In this document: one piece after another, positions 16,845 to 25,359 of the stretch
How the letters are laid out: each line of letters opens with the position of its first letter
How positions within the stretch are numbered: the first letter of the stretch is position 1
Assembly (NCBI GenBank): GCA_964551375.1
Contig: CAZKBG010000001.1
Span: 240,001-272,000 of the forward strand
Source: an uncultured archaeon
GTDB lineage: Archaea > Iainarchaeota > Iainarchaeia > Iainarchaeales > JAAZKV01
DNA length: 32,000 bases
Reading direction: 5' to 3'
Position numbers and translations under genes: made by a program
The notes under the pieces: model-generated
The model's input: only the letters and a program-made list of their open reading frames with translations
Told to the model about the DNA's origin: nothing
The model's database searches: none

Positions 16845-17945
16845 TTACCTTATGAAATCCAAGTCAAGGTCGCTGTCTCTATAAGATCTTCCGCCTCTTG
16901 ACTGTCCCTGATCTTTTCCTGAGAATTTACCAGGTGATGCTTTTATGTATGGGCTGTGAACTCCAGTGAAGATGCAGATAACTTCCAACTTGTTTTCGAA
17001 AGTTGGGTCAACTCTTGCTCCCCAAATTACTACAGCTTTAGGATCAATCTTTTCTGTTAGCATTTCACCAACAGCGTTAGCTTCTCCCAAAGTTAAGTCT
17101 GGTCCGCCTGTTATGTGGATTAAGCATCCTGTTGCTCCGCCGATATCAATATCGAGCAATGCGTTCTTTAGTGTGTCTTCAACAACTTCGTTAACTTTAT
17201 CAACGCTCTTGCTTTCTCCAACTGCGATTACTGACAATCCTTTATTACTCATTATTGAGCGAACATCAGCATAATCCAAGTTGATTAATGAAGGCTGTGT
17301 GATTGTTTCTGTAATTCCTCTTACAGTTCTTGCAATTACTTCATCAGCAACCTTGAATGCATCCTGGATTGGCAAGTTAGGTACTAATTCAACAAGTCTA
17401 TTGTTATCAATAACAACAACTGTATCGCACACTTTCTGTAGTGTTTCAATACCTTCTTCAGCCTTGATTAATCTTGCTTTTTCAAGAGCGAACGGGTAAG
17501 TAACCATTGCTATAACGATTGCGCCCTGTTCTTTAGCTATTCCTGCGATGATTGGTGCTGAACCTGTTCCTGTTCCTCCACCCATTCCGCTTGATAAGAA
17601 TAACATATCTACGCCTGCTAGAACTTCTTCTAGAGCGTTTCTTGATACTTCAGCAGCTTTAGCTCCAACTTCTGGGTATCCGCCTGCACCAAGTCCTCTT
17701 GTTACTGACTTACCGATTAAAACTTTAGTAATTTCATCATTAACAATTGCCAAGTGTTGCTTATCAGTGTTAACAGCAACTAATTGAGCTCCTGCTATTC
17801 CCATTGCAGCAAGTCTGTTAACTGCGTTACATCCTGCTCCTCCGGCACCAACAACCATAATCTTTGGTGTTCCAAATTCTTCTAACTTATCGTCAGCTGC
17901 TGGAGCAGCTGCTTTGTGGATTGCTCCTTCTACTATTGACTTCAT
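16845..17945 (-). CDS. ftsZ: Cell division protein FtsZ
   Basis: IMVVGAGGAGCNAVNRLAAMGI, tubulin signature MGGGTGTGSAP, and LINLDYADVRSIM. SD ggtga upstream of ATG 17945. Confidence 0.98.
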   Translation of the reverse strand: MKSIVEGAIHKAAAPAADDKLEEFGTPKIMVVGAGGAGCNAVNRLAAMGIAGAQLVAVNTDKQHLAIVNDEITKVLIGKSVTRGLGAGGYPEVGAKAAEVSRNALEEVLAGVDMLFLSSGMGGGTGTGSAPIIAGIAKEQGAIVIAMVTYPFALEKARLIKAEEGIETLQKVCDTVVVIDNNRLVELVPNLPIQDAFKVADEVIARTVRGITETITQPSLINLDYADVRSIMSNKGLSVIAVGESKSVDKVNEVVEDTLKNALLDIDIGGATGCLIHITGGPDLTLGEANAVGEMLTEKIDPKAVVIWGARVDPTFENKLEVICIFTGVHSPYIKASPGKFSGKDQGQSRGGRSYRDSDLDLDFIR

Positions 17946-18618
17946 CAAAATCACCCTGCCATTTTAGGCTAAAATATTCAGATTTTTCTAAATATTATAT
18001 TGCACATATTGCCTCATCCTACCTTTATAAACCTTTCCTTTTATGTATAGGATTCTAACGCCTTAAACACGAAAAGAAGCCCAAATAGAGCTTATTTTAA
18101 CAACTTCGTTGATCGTGGAACTATGCTAAGTACGGTAGATTAGCTTTAAACCCCAATATAACGCATCTGTCGTAAAAAAACACAATCCACTGCATAAATA
18201 AGTGTTATAATTGCTTATTTTGACTAAATTAAGGAAATATTAGCCTTAATCTTGCCGATTTGCTATGGCGACACACAGAAGGCTAAAAACTGTTATGTAT
18301 CAAATTTACCTCGTAAAAATACTCAAAAATGGCTAAAATGCACTAAATCAACAATAAAACACATTTTAACCACAATTATACATATTATTTTGAGTCGATT
18401 TTGGGAGTTTTGAGAAAAAAAGATGAGTAAATTTTTTCTAAAAAACAAATAACATAACAAACCCCTAAGCAACTTCTTCAACTTTACTTAATCCACACCA
18501 AAATTTTATTCAAACCAAATAATATGCCCTCTGCAAGAAGAGCATAATTCCCCCACGCCCTAAGATAGAAATTAAACAAGTTCGTTATGTACAAGATAGA
18601 ATTTGGGCTGGCTGGAGG

Positions 18619-19173
18619 CTATTTGCCTTTACCAAACTTTCTCAAAAGCTTAACCATCTGCCCGTGTTCTTGCTTCTGAACATAGCCATGAGAACCAAAC
18701 CACTTCACCCTAACTTTTTGAGGGTCTCGACCAGTAGGCATCTTGCCAAGCTTCCCCCTAAGCGCTCTAATTGAAGGCACTAAAGTAAAGTAAGCAGTCC
18801 GCATCCCTTGACTTACTCTTCTTGCCTTAATCATCTCTTCCGCCTTAGTCATTAAGTGAGTGCCAGTAAAACCGCCATACCCTTCCTTAACTCCAATAGC
18901 ATCAATATGAACTCCGCCCCTGCTGACATAATGGTATTCCAAAAACCCAATAACCCCTTTTTTGCCTTTCTCATGCATCACAATAAGCCCAATTTGTTCA
19001 GGGTACATTAACATAAGGTTTGAAGGCTTCTCCACCCCATACGCACGCCACCCCTTTTCTTTGTAATGAGAGTGAATCTCAGCAAGCTCATCAGCGCCGC
19101 CATGCCTAAACTCCACTTCGCCCTTAAAACCCATAATCATCAACCAGTTAAATCCCTTTATCTTCACGTCCAC
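18619..19173 (-). CDS. Hypothetical protein, possibly GNAT N-acetyltransferase-like
   Basis: GVIGFLEYHYVSRGGVHIDAIGVKEGYGGFTGTHLMTKAEEMIKA resembles the GNAT beta4/motif A region; HGYVQKQEHGQMVKL resembles a C-terminal GNAT segment. Confidence 0.62.
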   Translation of the reverse strand: MDVKIKGFNWLMIMGFKGEVEFRHGGADELAEIHSHYKEKGWRAYGVEKPSNLMLMYPEQIGLIVMHEKGKKGVIGFLEYHYVSRGGVHIDAIGVKEGYGGFTGTHLMTKAEEMIKARRVSQGMRTAYFTLVPSIRALRGKLGKMPTGRDPQKVRVKWFGSHGYVQKQEHGQMVKLLRKFGKGK

Positions 19174-19180
19174 ACTAATT

Positions 19181-19813
19181 TCATTTAAGATGCCTCATTA
19201 TATCAAGCCTTGGCTGTTTAAAATGTTTTTTAGGGGCAAGTTTTTTTGAAAAAGTAACCCCGATTTCACTTAATTCTTTTTTGTAAGCAGATCTTGGCAA
19301 TCTAAACCCTCTTGGCATAGACTCGCTTTTTGGATGAACTGTATAAGCCCCTTCAAGCATCACAAGATGCGTTTTTGGAAATGCTCTTCGCGCTAATTTC
19401 AACCCCTCTGTAACACAAATGGATCTCAAACTCCCAACTGCGACAATAGTTGATGGAAAAATTTTTGCGCTTCTACAAACATCCCTAAGCGTCTCTTTTC
19501 CCATGTCATGAATATTAGTATTCGCCCACACCACTCTTAATTTTTCAAATGTTTGAGCAGGCATCATCCGTTTAACCGCACTAAGCGCCTCTTCCCTATG
19601 AGAAGCACCCATATAATCCCAAATAACAGGAGTCCCTGTGCTTGCCGCTTTTTTTAATGCATCAACCACTCGCTTATTGTGAGTAGCCCACATGAAGTCA
19701 TCATACTCATAAGCTCCGCCGGGCTTTGCCCCTCTTGGAGTGGTTCTTTCTCTCCTTGGCGAATGAATAAGATATAACACTGGCCCTATGTAAAAATAAT
19801 TAGAAGTGCTCAT
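19181..19813 (-). CDS. Hypothetical protein
   Basis: 210-aa ORF adjacent to and co-directional with 18619-19173. No family recognised. Confidence 0.6.
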   Translation of the reverse strand: MSTSNYFYIGPVLYLIHSPRRERTTPRGAKPGGAYEYDDFMWATHNKRVVDALKKAASTGTPVIWDYMGASHREEALSAVKRMMPAQTFEKLRVVWANTNIHDMGKETLRDVCRSAKIFPSTIVAVGSLRSICVTEGLKLARRAFPKTHLVMLEGAYTVHPKSESMPRGFRLPRSAYKKELSEIGVTFSKKLAPKKHFKQPRLDIMRHLK

Positions 19814-19864
19814 TTAACCACGCAAAACATTTAATCACGCAAAAATTAAGAAAAATGCGAAAAG

Positions 19865-20467
19865 TTAATACTCTTCGCACTTAACCATGAAATAATTGCT
19901 CGCATGTCCGCATGAAGGGCACTCTTTTGGAGGCTCTTTTCCAATATGCTGATAACCGCATTCTCTGCAAACCCAAACCATTACTTTCTCTTTCTTCCAC
20001 AAAGTGCCTTTCTTTATTTCATCAAGGAACTTAGCATACCTTTCTTCATGATGCTTTTCTGCAATTCCAATTGAGCGAAGCTTTTTTGCAATTTCAGGCA
20101 ATCCTTCTGCATCCGCAACTTTTGCAAAATCCGGGTACATTGTGGTGTTTTCATAACTTTCCCCAGCAATTGCAGCTTTTAGGTTGAATTGAGTATCGCC
20201 AAGCGCTGCCTCGGCATGAACATCAAGCTCAGGCTCCACAACTTTTATTTTTGCTTTCTTCATTTTTTCTTTTAATTCAGTTATCATTACAGCAAGCTGC
20301 TTAGCGTGCTCTCTTTCCTGCTCGCTAGTAAGAGTAAAAATATCCCCAAGCTGAATGTACCCTTCCTTAATCGCCTGCTTGGCATAGAAAGTATATCTAT
20401 TCCTTGCCATTGATTCCCCAATAAAGGCTTTCCCTAAATTTGCTAAAGTTTTCTCCACAAACACCAC
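19865..20467 (-). CDS. rbr: Rubrerythrin
   Basis: Ferritin-like diiron domain (FIGESMARNRYTFYAKQAIKEGY..., EEIAKKLRSIGIAEKHHEERYAKFL) plus a C-terminal rubredoxin module WVCRECGYQHIGKEPPKECPSCG. Confidence 0.96.
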   Translation of the reverse strand: MVFVEKTLANLGKAFIGESMARNRYTFYAKQAIKEGYIQLGDIFTLTSEQEREHAKQLAVMITELKEKMKKAKIKVVEPELDVHAEAALGDTQFNLKAAIAGESYENTTMYPDFAKVADAEGLPEIAKKLRSIGIAEKHHEERYAKFLDEIKKGTLWKKEKVMVWVCRECGYQHIGKEPPKECPSCGHASNYFMVKCEEY

Positions 20468-20598
20468 CTGTTAAGATTAGGGCAAAGTAGTACAAAAAGG
20501 TTTCTATGAGTTTTTATAAATTTGGGCAATAACCAATTTAGAAAAAAATAATAAGAGAAATACTGTTAATAGAAAGACTGCTAAGAAAAAGACTGAAA

Positions 20599-20620
20599 TG
20601 GGCAAATTAAATTTTGCCCA
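20599..20620 (-). terminator. Possible hairpin terminator overlapping the ahpC stop codon
   Basis: tgggcaaa/tttgccca 8-bp stem, 6-nt loop, followed on the minus strand by tttcagtcttttt. Confidence 0.35.
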
Positions 20621-21170
20621 CTAAATCAAGTTCTGTTGTCATTGCGTCCATTCCCGGCTCCCAAGCCGCCTGGCAAACCATTCCTGTGTGCTCTCTGACA
20701 AACTTTGCAGCATTTAATTTCCGCAGGAGTTCTTTTGCGCTTCTTCCAAATGAATTATCATTCACTTCGCAAGCTCGGAGTATTCCGTCAGGATCTATAA
20801 TGAAAGTTCCCCTCAATGCCAAACCCTCATCTTCAAGATACACTCCAAATTCCTTTGAGAGTTTTCCGGCAGGGTCCGCAACCATCGGGAAAGTTATTTT
20901 CTTAATAGCAGGAGAAGTATCATGCCATGCTTTGTGAACATAAGCAGTGTCAGTGCTCACGCTTAAAATTTCAGCGCCAAGTTTTTTGAATTCGCTGTAA
21001 GAATTTGCAAGCTCCTCAAGCTCTGTAGGGCACACAAAAGTAAAATCAGCAGGATAGAAAAAAACTATAACCCACTTTCCTTTATAATTTGAAAATTTAA
21101 TTTTTTTTATCTCATCATCTTGATATGCGTCAAGCGAAAAATCGTTTATTTTTTGTCCTATGAAAACCAT
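20607..21170 (-). CDS. ahpC: AhpC/Prx1-type 2-Cys peroxiredoxin
   Basis: FFYPADFTFVCPTELEEL, and resolving Cys in TGMVCQAAWEPG. Confidence 0.96.
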   Translation of the reverse strand: MVFIGQKINDFSLDAYQDDEIKKIKFSNYKGKWVIVFFYPADFTFVCPTELEELANSYSEFKKLGAEILSVSTDTAYVHKAWHDTSPAIKKITFPMVADPAGKLSKEFGVYLEDEGLALRGTFIIDPDGILRACEVNDNSFGRSAKELLRKLNAAKFVREHTGMVCQAAWEPGMDAMTTELDLVGKI

Positions 21171-21278
21171 TGTATTACCCCCGCTAGCGACAAACTAACA
21201 CATACACTAAACTAGTACTTAAATTAGATTCTAAGGTGTGCAAATGTGTCTAAAATATTCACATTTAATTATTGTTAT

Positions 21279-21485
21279 TCACTGCTTTTTCAACGCCAGT
21301 CTGATATCTTCATCAGTAACTGTTTTTCTTCCAGCGTGCTTTGAAAATATTGCTGCCTGCTGTGCAACCTTCATTCCTTCTTCTTCCAAAAAATTTGAAA
21401 GCTCTTTAGCCGCGCTCTCGCTGACTCTAATTCCAGTAGATTTTCTAATAATTCTGTCAATTGCCGCTAATGGTAACTCGCTCAC
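21279..21485 (-). CDS. Archaeal histone
   Basis: 68-aa histone fold: ELPLAAIDRIIRKSTGIRVSESAAKELSNFLEEEGMKVAQQAAIFSKHAGRKTVTDEDIRLALKK. Confidence 0.97.
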   Translation of the reverse strand: MSELPLAAIDRIIRKSTGIRVSESAAKELSNFLEEEGMKVAQQAAIFSKHAGRKTVTDEDIRLALKKQ

Positions 21486-21631
21486 TTACACCACCTGACA
21501 AAAGAAAAAAGAAAAAAGGTTATAAACCTTGACAAAAAAACTCATTTTAACTGAAAAACATGCCCCAGAAATCAATAAATATGCGAAAACACTTAAAACA
21601 AATGAATTAATTAGATAAAAAAGGCGACAAA

Positions 21632-24600
21632 ATGCAAAAAATTAATCAAGCAATAATTATCCTGATTTGTGTTGCACTTATCCCAACTTTCATTAATGCC
21701 GCGACATATTACCCATCAGTAACTCTTTCATGCAAAGCTGCGGTCGGACAAATTGGAAATTCAAATCCAGGGTGCACAGTTGACGGCCCGCCAAACTTTT
21801 CTTCAATAAGCGCGGGCGGAGGATGCCCATACCAAGGAGCAACTGCATTCAATGGAGGAATTATGGCAAGATTTGGAGGAAGCAACTGCACAGGAAGCGC
21901 AACTTTCACTTGCAATAATGCAGCATGCGCACTTGATGACGCATATAACTACCCTTCAACATCGCTGTCCTGCACTACAGGCGCATGCGGAGTCGGAGGA
22001 TGCCCTCAATGTTATCTTGATAACGTAGCAGGATACTGGCTTGATGGAACAGTTTGTTACGGAGACTGGGGAAGCGGAGGATATTTATATTACTCTTGCA
22101 GCGGACAATATGCGACAGCAAGAGCAAATAGAAAATGCATCAGCGCAGGATGCGCAACTGCAAAACCAGGGGCTTGCGGAACAGCAAACGCAAAAACATA
22201 CGGATTTACTGCAACAGGATTTGGCGCCGACACTATTTGTTCAATAGGAACATCAACCCCATCAACAGTTTCATTCCCAGCAGCAGGATCAACTGCATCA
22301 TGGACTTGCCGAACAGCAACTGGAAGCGCAAATTGCAGCGCAACACATAGCGCAGCGGCTAATTGCAGCGCAGGCGGCGTGACTGTTTTGCACGGCGCTT
22401 CAAGAACATTTTATCAAACATCAACAGTTGCGTGTGGAGCTTCATGCGCATCAGTAGCGCAAACAAGGACCTGCAATAACGGCACTCTTTCAGGAACATA
22501 TACTAATGCAACATGCACAGAGCCCCCAGCAATTAATGGAAATTGGACTTCGTGGAGCGCATGTAATTCCGGAATAAAAACACGAACCTGCACTAACCCT
22601 TCGCCGTCATGCGGAGGAGCAGGATGCAGCGGACTTTCAAGCGACTCATGCACAAATGCTTCATGCGGAACTAACGCAAGAGCACACACTGCAGTTGAAA
22701 GCACATTCACAGGAACATTCTGCGCAAGCGGAAATGCCCCAGCAACAACCCCCTCCTTTCCAGCATCAGGGGCAAGCACAACATGGACTTGCACTGGAAT
22801 TAATGGAGGAACTAATTCCACATGCACCGCAACAAGAGCCGCTGGAGGAGTTCCAACAGCGACATGCGCTGATTTATCAATATCAACAGGATTTAGATTA
22901 AGCACTCAAGTAGGTTGTTTTTATGTTGATGCAAATATTATTAACAACTCAGGAAAAAACTTTGCAGGAAGTTCAAATGCAAGGTTAATTGTAAGAAATC
23001 CAATAACAGCAACAAATGCATATGTATTCAATCAATCTCCAGAAGCAGGGGACAACTATGGATGGTGGCTATATGACCAATTTAGCTGTATTGGAGCAAC
23101 TGGAAATCCATGGGTTTCCACAACATATCCTTATGCACATTGCATAGCATATGATGTCGCAAATTGGCCTGCATTAATTGCAAGCAACCAACTAATTGGA
23201 AGCGATAATTCGCCGTATATGAAAATGAAGACAACATTTACAGGATGGCTTACAGAAAGCGGCAAAAGATATCCCTATATTGATTTTACTTTGCCCGCAC
23301 TTACAAACGGACAAAAGGCAAGTGTTCCAACAATGCAGTGGCTTTGTCATAGATTAAGAAACCCGCTTGCAGCAGATATGACTTATGAACTAAACTGCAC
23401 ACCAACAGCGGTAAATAATCCCCCATTACTTTTAGACTTTAACCTTGCGACAACTGTTAATTCAGCCGTTAAGTCAGAACTTCTTACAAATTATGTTACT
23501 GACGAATCGCCTTCAACTTTAACTTACCAAATCACTTCCGAAAACACTGCGCAAGTGGACTGCGCAATCAGCGACAAAAATATTCTTTACACACCTGCGG
23601 CAAATTACGCTGGAAACGCAACATGTGTAATTAGAGTTACTGATGATGGAGGACTCACAAGCACTGCGACTGCAAGAATAACTGTTTCAGGAGAAATTGC
23701 AAACTGCATTGGGGCTAATTGCATTCAAGGAAAAACTGGAGTATGCGGAAGAACATCAGGAGGAGCAATACCTTTAGTGAATATAACGCTCCCCCCATAT
23801 GATGCAAACACAATCGCATACTGGATAATGAGAGCAAATAATCGCGCAGGCCCATATATACTCTTAGGAGCATACGGCTACCAGCCAATTACAGTAAATG
23901 ACTCTTATGACTTAAATGCGGGACTTGTTTATTATTACAACTTTGCAAAGCACAGCAGATTCGGCGACAACAATGTTGTAAGAACAGAAGCTTACTGCGC
24001 GCAGGCATACTGTTCAGTGATGCAATGCGGAGGAAATATTGACGCAAACTGGAGCGCAATTGCTGGATCAAACAAATACTTTGTTTATGTTTCTACTGAC
24101 AACAATATTTTCACAAAAGTAACTGGAATGAGTTGCGATGTAAGTTTCCCTTCAGGAATGGGTGTAGTAACAACAGAAACCCAGTTTAATTCAGTATGCT
24201 CAACAAATTTCACAATCCCTAGACTTAATCCAAACACTTTGTACTACTTCAAAGTTGAGGGAAGGAGCAGATACTACGGCGGAGAAAGTTCACAAGGATT
24301 TACCGGAACAGCAACTGCAGTGTCCTCTCAGCTATGCACAACAACGCCAGCCCCTCCCTGCACTGCGCCAATAAATGGAATTTGCGGAAATGCATCCACT
24401 GCTTACGCAGTAGGAACTACAACTTGGCCAGTGGGAGCAGTATTCTGCGCTGATGGAAATGCAATTCCTTCCTCGCCAACATTCCCAATTGCAGGAACCC
24501 CAACAATATGGGACTGCAACGGACTAAATGGAGGAAATAGTGTAACATGCAATGCAACAGTAGGAGCATGCTCGCCTGACACAAACACTGATGCTTATCA

Positions 24601-25279
24601 CTGCGCAAGAGCTAATGCTGAATGTGGAAATATCACTGTTCAAAACGGAAATTGCGGAAATAAAACAGTGAATTGCGGACCTGATACTAATGCATGCAAT
24701 ACAATGTACGGCACATGCAATACAGCAGGAGTAAAAACATGCAGCGCAAATAAATACTCGCTTACTTGCGCAACAGTTGACCCAAGAATTTCATACTGCG
24801 CAACAAGAGTTTGCGGAAGCGATTTGTGCGGCGGAACTTGCGGAAGCGGATGCGGAGCAGGACTTACATGCAACGCAAGCGGACAATGCATACCCGCTCC
24901 AGAAAACTCAATCACTTCACTTTCAGCAATTTATGACGGAAACTTAAACCTTGAATCACAGTGCGCATTTGAACAGCCAAATGCAAGAATGATAATTAAT
25001 TACCTTGACACAAATGAAGAAATCGCAAACTACAGCCCTTATTTGTGCGGAGCAACATCACAAACACAAATAAAAAATATCCCAAACCTTCGCTCAAACA
25101 CAAATCTTGTGATAACACTCACAATTCCTGCGCCATGCGATGTGTGCATAAAAACAATTTATCTTCCAATTAAAGCAGTGAATCAAAAAACCGAATCAAT
25201 TCCTGACAATAATTTAATTGCAGTAATTTTAGTACTCGCAGCCGCAGTAATTCTAATCTCAGCAAAGCGAAGAAATTAA
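21632..25279 (+). CDS. Large cysteine-rich modular surface protein with signal peptide and C-terminal TM anchor
   Basis: Signal MQKINQAIIILICVALIPTFINA; three C-G-N...FC..G...FP..G...W.C.G.NGG...C.A modules; a TSP1-like module; cadherin-like and FN3-like segments; C-terminal LIAVILVLAAAVILISAKRRN. Confidence 0.9.
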   Translation: MQKINQAIIILICVALIPTFINAATYYPSVTLSCKAAVGQIGNSNPGCTVDGPPNFSSISAGGGCPYQGATAFNGGIMARFGGSNCTGSATFTCNNAACALDDAYNYPSTSLSCTTGACGVGGCPQCYLDNVAGYWLDGTVCYGDWGSGGYLYYSCSGQYATARANRKCISAGCATAKPGACGTANAKTYGFTATGFGADTICSIGTSTPSTVSFPAAGSTASWTCRTATGSANCSATHSAAANCSAGGVTVLHGASRTFYQTSTVACGASCASVAQTRTCNNGTLSGTYTNATCTEPPAINGNWTSWSACNSGIKTRTCTNPSPSCGGAGCSGLSSDSCTNASCGTNARAHTAVESTFTGTFCASGNAPATTPSFPASGASTTWTCTGINGGTNSTCTATRAAGGVPTATCADLSISTGFRLSTQVGCFYVDANIINNSGKNFAGSSNARLIVRNPITATNAYVFNQSPEAGDNYGWWLYDQFSCIGATGNPWVSTTYPYAHCIAYDVANWPALIASNQLIGSDNSPYMKMKTTFTGWLTESGKRYPYIDFTLPALTNGQKASVPTMQWLCHRLRNPLAADMTYELNCTPTAVNNPPLLLDFNLATTVNSAVKSELLTNYVTDESPSTLTYQITSENTAQVDCAISDKNILYTPAANYAGNATCVIRVTDDGGLTSTATARITVSGEIANCIGANCIQGKTGVCGRTSGGAIPLVNITLPPYDANTIAYWIMRANNRAGPYILLGAYGYQPITVNDSYDLNAGLVYYYNFAKHSRFGDNNVVRTEAYCAQAYCSVMQCGGNIDANWSAIAGSNKYFVYVSTDNNIFTKVTGMSCDVSFPSGMGVVTTETQFNSVCSTNFTIPRLNPNTLYYFKVEGRSRYYGGESSQGFTGTATAVSSQLCTTTPAPPCTAPINGICGNASTAYAVGTTTWPVGAVFCADGNAIPSSPTFPIAGTPTIWDCNGLNGGNSVTCNATVGACSPDTNTDAYHCARANAECGNITVQNGNCGNKTVNCGPDTNACNTMYGTCNTAGVKTCSANKYSLTCATVDPRISYCATRVCGSDLCGGTCGSGCGAGLTCNASGQCIPAPENSITSLSAIYDGNLNLESQCAFEQPNARMIINYLDTNEEIANYSPYLCGATSQTQIKNIPNLRSNTNLVITLTIPAPCDVCIKTIYLPIKAVNQKTESIPDNNLIAVILVLAAAVILISAKRRN

Positions 25280-25359
25280 CTTCTTAAAACCTTTCGCCAA
25301 ATAACTGGACGGCAAACCTCTTCGAGAGGATTTAAAACCCCTCGAAACACAACTCTTGC

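Noticed and set aside
16966-17787. Plus-strand ORFs opposite ftsZ (16966..17274, 17281..17499, 17548..17787).
   Set aside because: They are antisense to an unmistakable FtsZ frame and show no protein-like motifs.
22041-22905. ORFs overlapping the surface-protein gene (22041..22247, 22135..22350, 22414..22905 -, 22656..22901).
   Set aside because: The 3.6-kb frame has a signal peptide, modules and a TM anchor. The alternative frames have biased compositions typical of out-of-frame reading of GCA/ACA-rich DNA.
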